A stretch of 64,000 nt of DNA from Ylistrum balloti (Eukaryota): the NCBI RefSeq assembly GCF_031769215.1, contig NW_026782580.1:1178001-1242000 (forward strand), written 5' to 3'. Position numbers and translations under genes: made by a program. Below the pieces are notes generated by a model that ran no database searches, was not told the origin of the DNA, and was given only the letters and a program-made list of their open reading frames with translations. Below are positions 1 through 11,800 of the stretch, piece after piece. The first letter of the stretch is position 1; each line of letters starts with the position of its first letter.

Positions 1-379
1 TACACACGTAGACCCTCATTACTTTAATACACAAATTAGGTATATACAGATAAAATCTAAACTGAAAGTTGGAGAAGGCGACTTCATTTTAAACAAATGC
101 TATTACATGTCAATTCATAAATTTTATTACGACTTCCGACCGAAATGTACACCTGTACACGTGCAACAATATTAACTCTAGTGCACGTGCAAGGGCACAT
201 GACCAGTTATCGGGAGAATGTCGGTCGAAACGGTTTTCCATAAAAACATGATTGTTAATTACTGTGTATCTTTTAAAAGCTCTAACTTATGTAAGCAATG
301 GTTCAGATAAGAACAGCCCAACCTACACTAGCGACCGCTTGTATATAGTGACCCCTTTCTGTAGCGACCGTTTTAACGG

Positions 380-3300
380 GCCACTTTACATGAGAAGTAG
401 TCCCGGACCAGTTTACGTCAGAAGTGATCCAAAATAAAAGAATCTGAGGATTTAGAAATCAGAGGATCAAAGCAGTCACGGACCAGTTTACATGAGAAGA
501 AGTCCCTTACATGAGAAGTAGTTCCGGACCAAAGAATCATAGTGGTCCATGACAAGATGATCTCAGTAGTGCCAGACTAGTTTACATGAGAAGTAGTCTC
601 GAAATAGTCCCGGACCAGTTTACATGAGAAGTAGTCCCGAAATAGTCCCGGACCAGTTTACATGAGAAGTAGTCCCGGACCAAAGAATCATAGTAGTCCA
701 TGACAAGAGGATCTCAGTAGTGCCAGACTAGTTTACATGAGAAGTAGTCCCGAAATAGTCCAGGACTAGTTTACATAAGATGTAGTTCCGGACCAAAGAA
801 TCATAGTAGTCCATGACAAGAGGATCTCAGTAGTGCCAGACTAGTTTACATGAGAAGTAGTCCCGAAATAGTCCAGGACTAGTTTACATAAGATGTAGTT
901 CCGGACCAAAGAATCATAGTAGTCCATGACCAGAGGATCTAAGTAGTTCCAGACAAGTTTACGTGAGAAGTAGTCCCGGGCCAGTTTATATGAATAATAG
1001 TCACGAGCCAGTTAACATGAGAGGTAGTCCCGAAACAGTTTAAATAAGAGGTAGTCCCGGACAAGTTTACTTGTGAAGTATAGTCCTTGATAAGTTTACA
1101 CGAGAAGAAATCCCGGACCAGTTTACATGAGAAGTAGTCCCGGACCAAAGAATCATAATAGTCCATGACAAGGGGATCTCAGTAGTTCCAGACTAGTTTA
1201 CATGAGAAGTAGTCCCGAAGTTGTCCCGGACTAGTTTACATTATAAATAGTTCCGGACCACTTTACATGTGAAGAAATACAGGACCAGATTACCTCTGAA
1301 GTAATCCAAGTCCAGAGAATCTGAGTAGTCCATGACCAGAGGATCTAAGTAGTCCATGACCAGAGGATCTAAGTAGTCCATGACCAGAGGATCTAAGTAG
1401 TCCCAGACAAGTTTACGTGAGAAGTAGCCCCGGACCAGTTTATATGAATAATAGTCTTGGGCCAGTTTACATGAGAAGTAGTCCCGAAACAGTTTAAATG
1501 AGTGGTAGTCCCGGACAAGTTTACTTGAGAATCAGCCACAGACCTGTTTACCTGAGAAGTAGTCCCGGACCAGTTTACATGAGAAGAAGTACCGGACCAG
1601 TTTACTTGAGAAGAAGTCAAGGAGAAGAGAATCTGAAAAGTCCATGGCCAGAGGATCTTAGTAGTCCAAGACGAGTTAGACTGAGAAATAGTCCCGGAAA
1701 AAGTTTACATGAGGCGTAGTCTCGGACCATTTAACATAAGAAGTAGTCCCGAATCAGTTTGCTTAAGAAGTAGTCCCGGACCAGTTTACACGAGAAGCAG
1801 TCCCGGAACAGCTAACATGAGCAGTAGTCCTGGACTAGTTGACATGAGCAGTAGTCCTGGACCAGTTTACCTGTGAAGTAATCCTGAACCAGATAATCTG
1901 AGTAGTCCATCACCATGGCATCTTAGTAGTCCCAGACCAGTTAAACAGAGAAGTAGTCAAGGAGAAGAGAAGCTGAGTAGTCAATGACCAGAGGTTCTAA
2001 GTAGTCCCGGACCAGTTTACATGAGAAGTAGTCCCGTACCAGTTTATATGAATAATAGTAACGAACCAGGTTACATGAGAGGTAGTCCCGGACTTTTTTA
2101 CTTGAAAAATAGTCCCGCAAATATTTACCTGATGCGTAGTCTCGGACCAGTTTAAGGTAGTCCCGGACTAGTTTACTTGAGAAGTAGTCCCGGACCAGTA
2201 TACTTGTGAAGAAGTCGCGGACCAGTTTACCTGAGAAATAGCCCCGGACCAGTTTACATGAGAGGTAGTCCCGGAAAGTTTACCTGAGGCGTAGTCTCGG
2301 ACCAGTTTACATGAGAAGTAGTCCCGGACTAGTTTACCTGTGAAGTAGTCCCGGAACAGTTTAACTGAGAAGAAGTCACGGACTAGTTTACAGGAGAGGT
2401 AGTCCCGGACTTCTTTACTTGAGAAATAGTCCCAGACCAGTTTACCTGTGAAGTAGTCTTGGACCAGTTTACCTGAGAAGTAGCCCCGGACCAGTTTACA
2501 TGAGAAGTCCCGGGCCAATTTACATGAGAAATTGTCCTGGAGCAGTATAAGTGAGCAGTAGTCCTTGACCAGTTTACATGAGATATATTCCTTGGTCAGT
2601 TTACATAAGCAGTCACAGATATTTTTACATGAAAAGTAGCTCTAGACCAGTTTAAATGAGAAGTAATCTCGAAGTATTCCCTGACCAGTTTACCTGAGTA
2701 GTCCATCACCAGGGCATCTAATTAGTCCCAGACCACTTTAAGTCGTTTACAAGAGAATCAGTTCAAGAATAATTTACATAAGATGTAGTCACGGACAGGT
2801 TTACATGAAAAGAAGTCAAGGGCCAGTTTACATGAGCAGCCAAGGGCCAGTTTACATGAGAAGAAGTCCCGGGTCAATTTACATGAGAAATTGTCCTGGA
2901 GCAGTATAAGTGAGCAGTAGTCCTTGACCAGTTTACATGAGATATATTCCTTGGTCAGTTTACATAAGCAGTCCCAGATATAGCAACAGTCCTGGGCCAG
3001 TTTATATGAGAAATTACCCCGGAGCAGTTTACATGAGAAGTAGTCCCAGACCAGTTTACATTAGAAGTAGTCCCAGACCAGTTTCCAATAGAAGTAATCC
3101 CAGACCAGTTTACATTAGAAGTAGACCCAGACCAGTTTCCATGAGAAGTAATCCCAGACCAGTTTACATAAGAAGTAGTCCCAGACCAGTTTACATGAGA
3201 AGTAGTCCCAGACATGTTTACATGAGAAAAAGTTCCGGACCAGCTGACATGAGAAGTAGAGCCAGACCAGTTTACATGAGACGTAGTCCCAGACCAGTTA

Positions 3301-6040
3301 ATATAAGAAGTAGTCCAAGACCAGTTTACATAAGAAGTAGTCCCGGACCAGTTTACATGAGAAGTAGTCCCAGACTAGTTTCCATGAGAAGTAATCCCAG
3401 ACCAGTTTACATTAGAAGTAGTCCCAGACCAGTTTCCATGAGAAGTAATCCCAGACCAGTTTACATAAGAAGTAGACCCAGACCAGTTTCCATGAGAAGT
3501 AATCCCAGACCAGTTTACATTAGAAGTAGTCCCAGACCAGTTTCCATGAGAAGTAATCCCAGACCAGTTTACATAAGAAGTAGTCCCAGACCAGTTTACA
3601 TTAGAAGTAGTCCCAGACCAGTTTCCACGAGAAGTAATCCCAGACCAGTTTACATGAGAAGTACATGAGAAGAAGTCCCGGACCAGTTTACATGAGAAGT
3701 AGTCCCAGACCAGTTTACCTGAGAAGTAGTCCCAGACCATGTTTACATGAGAAAAAGTCCCGGACCAGTTTACATGAGAAGTAGAGCCAGACCAGTTTAC
3801 ATGAAACGTAGTCCCAGACCAGTTAATATAAGAAGTAGTCCAAGACCAGTTTACATAAGAAGTAGTCCCGGACCAGTTTACATGAGAAGTAGTCCCGGAC
3901 CAGTTTACATGAGAAGTAGTCCCAGACCAGTTTCCATGAGAAGTAATCCCAGACCAGTTTACATAAGAAGTAGTCCCAGACCAGTTTCCATGAGAAGTAA
4001 TCCCAGACCAGTTTACATTAGAAGTAGTCCCAGACCAGTTTCCATGAGAAGTAATCCCAGACCAGTTTACATAAGAAGTAGTCCCAGACCAGCTGACATG
4101 AGAAGTAATCCCAGACCAGTTTACATTAGAAGTAGTTCCAGACCAGTTTACATGAAAAGAAGTCCCGGGCCAGTTTACATGAGAAGTAGTCCCGGACCAG
4201 TTTACATGAGAAGTAGTCCCGGACCAGTTTACATTAGATGTAGTCCCAGATCAGTTTCCATGAGAAGTACTCCCAGACATGTTAACATGAAAAGTAGCTC
4301 CAGACCAGTTTACATGAGATGTATTCCCGGACTAGTTAACATGAGAAATAGTTCCGGACCAGTTTACATGAATAGTAGTCCCGGACCAGTTTACATGAAT
4401 AGTAGTCCCGGACCAGTTTTCATGAGTAGTAGTTCCGGACCAGTTTACATGAGTAGTAGTCCCGGACCAGTTAACATGAGAAATAGTTCCGGACCAGTTA
4501 AAATGAGCAATAGTCCTGGACCAGTTTATATGAAAAGAAGTCCCGGGCCAGTTTACATGAGATGTAGCCCCGGACCATTTTACATGAGAAGTATTCCCGG
4601 ACCAGTTTACATGAGCATTAGCCCCAGACCAGTTTACATGAGAAGTAGTCCCGGACCAGTTTACATGAACAGTAGTTCCGGACCAGTTAACATAAGAAGT
4701 AGTTCCGGACCAATTAAAATGAGCAATAGTCCCTGGCCAGTTTACATGAGAAATAGTCCCGGACCAGTTTACATGAGAAGTATTCCCGGACCAGTTTACA
4801 TGAGCATTAGCCCCAGACCAGTTTACATGAGAAGTAGTCCCGGACCAGTTTACATGAATAGTAGTCCCGGACCAGTTTACATGAATAGTAGTCCCGGACC
4901 AGTTAACATAAGAAGTAGTCCCGGGCCAGTTTACATGAGTAGTAGTCCCGGACCAGTTTACATGAGTAGTAGTTCCGGACCAGTTTACATGAGAAGTAGT
5001 CCCGGACCAGTTTACATGAATAGTAGTTCCGGACCAGTTTACATAAGAAGTAGTTCCGGACCAATTAAAATGAGCAATAGTCCCTGGCCAGTTTACATGA
5101 GAAGTAGTCCCGGACCAGTTTATATGAAAAGAAGTCCCTGGCCAGTTTACATGAGAAGTAGTCCCAGACCAGTTTATATGAAAAGAAGTCCCTGGCCAGT
5201 TTACATGAGAAGTAGTCCCGGACCAGTTTACATGAATAGTAGTCCCGGACCAGTTTACATGAGAAGTAGTCCCGGACCAATTTATATGAAAAGAAGCCCC
5301 TGGCCAGTTTACATGAGAAATATTAGTCCCGGACCAGTTTACATGAGAAGTATTCCCGGACCAGTTTACATGAAAAGAAGTCCCGGGCCAGTTTACATGA
5401 GAAGTAGTCCCGGACCAGTTTACATGAAAAGAAGTCCCGGGCCAGTTTACATGAGAAGTAGTCCCGGACCAGTTTATATGAAAAGAAGTCCCGGGCCAGT
5501 TTACATGAGAAGTAGTCCCGGACCAGTTTACATGAGAAGTAGTCCCGGACCAGTTTACATGTAAAGAAGTCCCGGGCCAGTTTACATGAGAAGTAGTCCC
5601 GGACCAGTTTATATGAAAAGAAGTCCCTGGCCAGTTTACATGAGAAGTAGTCCCGGACCAGTTTACATGAGAAGTATTCCCGGACCACTTTACATGAAAA
5701 GAAGTCCCGGGCCAGTTTACATGAGAAGTAGTCCCGGACCAGTTTATATGAAAAGAAGTCCCTGGCCAGTTTACATGAGAAATATTAGTCCCGGACCAGT
5801 TTACATGAGAAGTATTCCCGGACCACTTTACATGAAAAGAAGTCCCGGGCCAGTTTACATGAGAAGTAGTCCCGGACCAGTTTACATGAGAAGTAGTCCC
5901 GGACCAGTTTACATGAAAAGTAGTCCCGGACCAGTTAACATGAGAAGTAGTCCCAGACCAGTTTACATGAGAAGTAGTCCCAGACCAGTTTACATGAGAA
6001 GTCCCAGACCAGTTTAAATGAGAAGTAGTCCCAGACCAGT
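380..6040. repeat. 27-bp tandem satellite (consensus CCGGACCAGTTTACATGAGAAGTAGTC), degenerate on the left, homogeneous from about 2940
   Basis: Unit read directly; its 9-codon period produces the RSSPGPVYM / VRDYFSCKL repeat ORFs. About 200 unit-equivalents by length. Confidence 0.97.
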
Positions 6041-6257
6041 GTGGAGAAATTTTATGGTCAACATAATGATCTCATTTGGAATTATTACATTTTCTAGTGC
6101 GATATAAAGCTGTGCGTTTAATGCTCGTCCTTATACGTGGAAGTTCTTTTGTTGTTGACATTGTTCTCATTTTGTAACATGACATTTTTACAATAGTCGT
6201 GTATGGTGATGATTTGTTGGCTATCGCGCGAAAGACCACTTCGAAAACTTTAAGTGG

Positions 6258-8092
6258 CTAGTCTAGTGCTCGTTTGGCCATCGATAATAACTTCCATGGA
6301 ATTGATTTATGAATAATAACCATCATTTTTGCTCTTGGATACAGTATGTTTTCATCAGCCATAGAATACAAACTGAAATACATATGACTAATATTACTGA
6401 TTAGATGATTTAGTGGAATATCTTCGACATATCCGATGCTTTTGAATAAATTTTCCATGACAACAACATCTATCTGGTTGATAGTATAAGCCATTTGAAC
6501 AGTTGAACCTGGTAAAAAATACAATTTTTAAATGTAGAGATGAGTTCTGTCACTCGAGCGTTGGGAGACCATAAGATTGTGAAAATCGGGTTCTGTAAAA
6601 CTTTGAACATCGAATAAGTCTGTGGTATTCTATTGTCCTTTCGACATTCGAAAAATGCCAACAAACAATTTTTCTCTGAGATGTCTTTAATATGCTGTTA
6701 CGTTTATAATTGGATTATTTCAGTGTTACATGATAAATTCTGTACGTCGTTTTGTGCGCAGAATATTATTTTTTACTTCAACTGATGTGATAATATTGAT
6801 TTTCTATTTCTTTTTGGACAAACGAAAGTAGTTCTGTCTATATCAAAGCCATTGCAATCACGTGCTGTCATGCACGTGATCCAGAAGTGACATCAGCATT
6901 ACGGCATGTACACAACCGAGCAGCTATATTCTTGATTTCAATGCATAATTTTATCAATTCATGCAGTTATCTGGTATTTGAGACATTTTTATAGAATCGT
7001 TATGCATACTATTAAAGTAAGCTTTGGTCAACATTAGCACACACCTACATGTAAGTAGTCAAACAGGGAAGTGAAATGTAAGTTATATAAAACGGAGTTT
7101 CATCGGAAATCCATGAACGAGGCCCTGACTTTTGACAAATTACAAAAATCTCAGGAATTTAAGGTTTCGCATTTAGCCTTGTGTATGATGAATATAATTG
7201 TATTTTTTTAAGTAATAAAAAATTATATGATTATTTGATGAAATAATGAGTAAACGGAGGGAACACTAACAGTCAATACTTTGAATTTCTGTTGAGATGT
7301 CTCCTCCGTTTGAAAGTAATTTTAGTTTTGGAATCAACATTTCGAAATGTACGCAAATGTTTGATATCGTGCCAATTAAGCTGTCAATCAACCTATTTTT
7401 ATTTGTACTTTTTGTAAAGCCGATGATGTTAGTTATCTCTGTCGTCCACTCCAGAATAAAACCCGATTGGGACCAGACTGTCACTACTACCTAACAGTGT
7501 ATTTCACCGCTGTTATTTTGTGTCATTTCAGCACCACGTACACGACAGTGTCACGGGAAGGGGCGTAGCTAGCCCAGCAGAACTGTGTAAGCCCAGGCGA
7601 GGGGTCTGAATTGGATGATTTCAAAGATGTTTTGAATCGTTTTCTGAGACAGTTTTTTTTTATTTATTTAACAACAAACTTCAATCCCTGATATTTATTT
7701 TCAACCTTAGTTTTGTGATTTTGTCCGACATACTCTATGCACGGATTTTTTTTTTTTTTTTTTTATGTGTAAGCCCGGAGCCCGGGCTTTTTCTTTTTAT
7801 GGAAGCCAAGCCCCTAACAGGGACCTAACAACATGTTACAGATGTATTTGGACCTATCCTGAAGTTTTATATCGTTTAGGGCGTTTTCTAATGCCAGGCC
7901 AATATTCTGTGGTATATTTACCTGTAGCATCTTCTCCAACAGGTAAATCAGCATTGCTGCAGTAGAGACTTTGTTTTGGTTCCCTAAAACAACGAAGTTT
8001 TGCTTTCTTTTCTCCACAGTATACACATTGGAATTGTTTGCAATACGGTTGATCTTCACATGTAACTACTGAGAACATATAAAGAGATGTAT
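6258..8092 (-). CDS. Possible exons of an unidentified gene: 8092-7922 (Cys-rich, phase 1-1) and 6508-6258 (terminal)
   Basis: Exon 8092-7922 is flanked by ...acaatcag and GTAAAT, is 171 nt, open and has 6 Cys. Exon 6508-6258 follows ttttttaccag and continues in frame to TAG. No recognised homology and no firm start exon. Confidence 0.3.
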
Positions 8093-8845
8093 CTGATTGT
8101 AAATAAGCTGAAAACAAAAGGCCTCAAACGGTCACCAGAGTAATAACTTTCGCTATATATCGCCTATTTAGTTGTCATGAAATCAAAGTTAGACCTAAAA
8201 ACCGACGAAAAACAAGAAAATAAAATATCAAAATACTGTTAGAATACATTATAACTATACTATTGTAGTCTGTTGTACTTTGTAACCATATATCATGGGT
8301 TAATGTTAACGGCTCTATGTCCTGTTAGAGACGAATAATACATGTACTTATAATTATGATATGGTGAGCCATTGTTTTATGAGAAGGTAAATAACGCACT
8401 TTGATATAAGTTAAAGGAAAAAATTCATATGAAGTTGTGTTCGTCTGTATTTGGCGATCATAACTTGGACGATTTCCAGTACACTTTAATATTATTATGA
8501 ATATGATAATGTATTGGTTTTAGCATTTTAGCACTCGGAAATTAAAGGCAGCGGCTCCAAATCTACTCCAAATCAACATTAGATAATAATTACTATTTTG
8601 ACTGTATCAAGTTATATCAGCATCCTTGAATCTGTTTCAAATACAGCCCATGACTTTATAAAATATGTTGAAAACAGTGGCAATTGACATACAAAAACAA
8701 TAGTTTTTACGGATGAACCTCTGATGCACATTGGTATATATACATAGTTATCGCACAGTGATGTTATGTTAACTTTCGGAATATAATTCTCAGGAAAAAT
8801 AAGGGAGGCTCGGTCCGGTCGGGTTCCAGTTTTTATTTTACTCAA

Positions 8846-8863
8846 CCAATTCGGACTTCCGGT
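8846..8863 (+). promoter_or_regulatory. CCAAT box and ETS/GABP-type motif (ACTTCCGGT) immediately upstream of the MRPL42 ATG
   Basis: CCAAT at 8846-8850, ACTTCCGG at 8855-8862, ATG at 8870. ETS motifs are typical of housekeeping and mitochondrial-gene promoters. Confidence 0.5.
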
Positions 8864-8869
8864 GGAGTC

Positions 8870-11800
8870 ATGTCTGCTACAGTCAGAAACGTTACTTTTT
8901 CTTCTTTGCGATATTATCGACACATTCAACGAGGTTTGTACGGGGATCTTTTCCTGGAAATGAACTAAGGGTTTCTTTACAAGCGGGGAGGATGAAGTTT
9001 GGGGGGAGGGACACTTTATGTATAAAGTCGGGTCGTAGCATATGAGGCTTAAAGATTATAATGTTATTGGCATTGAAAACGGCATTAAATAAATCAAGTA
9101 TTGTAGCACCCCTTTCAGCACTTCTTACGTTTGGACCAAAATCAAACCTGACCTGCTCCTTCTTGCCGGTTAAGTAACTACTCCATACGAACTCCACAAA
9201 CTCCAGTACACCGTTGCCCAGATCATCAGATCACCAATGCTACAACAAAGACAAACAGCACAGTGCCTCATATGTATGAATAAAGTGGTCGAGGGGTACG
9301 TACCGGCCATACCACCATCTGACTTTTAACAAATATACAACAACAAGGGCCATCCGTACATTAAGGAATTTAGGTAGTCGTAAAACCAAAAATATTGTAG
9401 ACACGTATGCCACCAATAATAGCAAACAGTTAAGTTCAGATTGCCTCTGCTCTACAACACAAGAACTCTTTTGCCGTAAGAACTGTGAGAGACTTGAACC
9501 ATCTGGAAGATAAAAATTGTGTGCACCAAAAAACAAAAATCGAGGAATTTAAGTCATCCCTTACCTACCAATAAATGCATTGCTCTCTCTTCTCGTGCAA
9601 AAACCAGCATTTGGATCTGCCTCCAGCTTGAATGGAAACAGGACAGTTCTTGCCTTGCAATCATAATCAAAACCTTGTGTTATGAATCTTTAGCCATACA
9701 TGTATGATTGGCTTTAGCCTGAAAGGTTCTGATGGGCTCTTTGAGAATTCCTCCTCCAGACGGTAGCAAAAATTACCTGGATTGAATGGGGAATGCAGAG
9801 AGGAAAAAAGCTGGAATCAGCTGATCTTTTAAAGATATCTACAGAAGCACTGTCTACAATGGCTGCAGGAGAGTATCCCATTGGACAATGGTGCACAGAA
9901 AGAGGGATCATTTGAAGGCATCATTGGTTGCAGACGTCTGAAATTTTGATTGTTTGATTTTCGGATTTTACTGTCAACAGGAGAGAGGATGTCAGATGTA
10001 AAAACAGCAATGAGACAGTGGACAATTTCATAGAAGACCACAAGGCTTGCTTTTAGACGGTGCTCTGTTGGGAGTGGCCAAATGGAAATTTTCTATCATT
10101 CCTGACACACTGCTTGTGCTATTGTAGTTACTGCATACTTATCTAGTTGCATTTTGTTGAATCATTCAATTTTTATTATTTTGCATTGTGGGAGGGCCCT
10201 ATATAACCCTGGTAAAATACTAGCCGCAATATACCACTCGGCTAGAGAGAACTTCTCTTTAGCTCGATTGGTTGAGCATCAGACTAGTAAGCCAGGGGTC
10301 CCAGGTTCGATTCCTAGCGGAGGCATTAAAATGAATAATGACCTCTCTTACATTTGGCGCCCACGTAGGGACCCAGGATTAGTACTTAGCCATGCCCCAT
10401 CGGCATCGCTGTGACCCCTGGAAACTCGAGGACGAATTCTTTCCTGGAGGGGGAGTATGTAACCCTGGTAAAATACTAGCCGCAATATACCACTCGGCTA
10501 GAGAGAACTTCTCTTTAGCTCGATTGGTTGAGCATCAGACTAGTAAGCCAGGAGTCCCGGGTTCGATTCCTAGCGGAGGCATTAAAATGAATAATGACCT
10601 CTCTTACACCTATATGCAAGTAATAAACTCAAGTTTGGATGGCACTATTGACTGGTATGCTTCGGCCTTAATAGTGGTGTTTGAAATTTTAACTTTTTTA
10701 CTTAGGAAAACTAAGGACTTTATGACCACTTGATGTTATATTGTCCCAGATGTTTCATTTGAGGTTCGACTAAAGTGTCACCTCAATGTAACTTGGCAGA
10801 TGATATTTGATAGGATTTCTCTTTTGAGTAACTGACAGTGACATACATTTTTATCAGGATGGAAAGCTACTTGCCAATTTGCTTCCCACCTGGCAGCAAC
10901 CTCAAGATCTAGTTGACGTTTTAAGACTTTGTGATAGATAATGATATTGTCAGTGCCTTATCGCAGTTTACCACGACCAAGACAAAAATAAGATGGTAGG
11001 TAGTCAGAACTCCTCAGACAGGATGGGCTTCTGTCGATTAAATGTCTTAATTTGTTATGATGAATATTTCTACACATGGGTATGACACGAAAAGAAAATA
11101 CTATAAGATAAATGTCTACAACAAGAGGTTTAATTATCATTATGTAGAAAAATAGAAATAGTGACCAAAATAGAATAAATATAGTTACAGACATTAAGTG
11201 TGTCTGCATTTTCTTTGTTGTGGAGTAGGGCAGATTTGAAAGATTAAAATGATTTTGTGTGAATGATTTCAACAAGGAATCTGTTTCAATCGACTAAGGT
11301 GTGTGGAAAGTATGACAATTTTCTGAATGACTATTTCTTGATAAGTACAGGATGTCTCCTTCTCATATTTTATACTAACAGATTCCCATTGGTCTCTGGT
11401 TGTGGACTATCAAGTTTGGGACTGATCAGAAATGGCTGACAGGTTGCTGTCTTGGATTTTGACAATGAAAGTTATTTTCTCCCTGTTGTTTTTTGAGAAA
11501 CATTCAATTGATTTAGTCAGGTTAAGCCAACTCCCTACTTGTGCACACACTCTGAAACAGGATTTTGACACTCATAGTTATTTTTTTGAGAAATATTCCC
11601 CAAACTTGATGTGTTTGTTGCCCATGGTTCCAAATTGTACCTATATAGTTGAGAGAGCAGAAACTGATCAGTGAAACAAAATTCAGACAGGCGACCATCT
11701 GGAATTTTGATTGGGGAGAGTTTTCTATTGCTATTTCTTGAGAATTACTGGAAAGATATTTCTCAAATTTGACATGTGTAGCTTTAGGTTTCCCTTGGTT

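Noticed and set aside
2937-6017. Long ORFs (243, 605, 143 aa) resembling repetitive Ser/Pro/Arg-rich proteins
   Set aside because: They arise from the 27-bp (9-codon) satellite; both strands give repeat peptides and there is no unique domain.
7550-7830. AGGGGCGTAGCTAG, resembling a MITE terminal inverted repeat
   Set aside because: No matching opposite TIR or TSD found by eye. The same applies to CAGGGTTTTCC near 45795.
8892-10041. Cluster of minus-strand ORFs in MRPL42 intron 1
   Set aside because: Short, in different frames, with no motif I can recognise. A decayed element is possible but cannot be supported without a search.
10253-10325. Functional tRNA-Thr gene pair
   Set aside because: Acceptor and anticodon stems mispair, no oligo-T terminator follows, and both copies are parts of LTRs.
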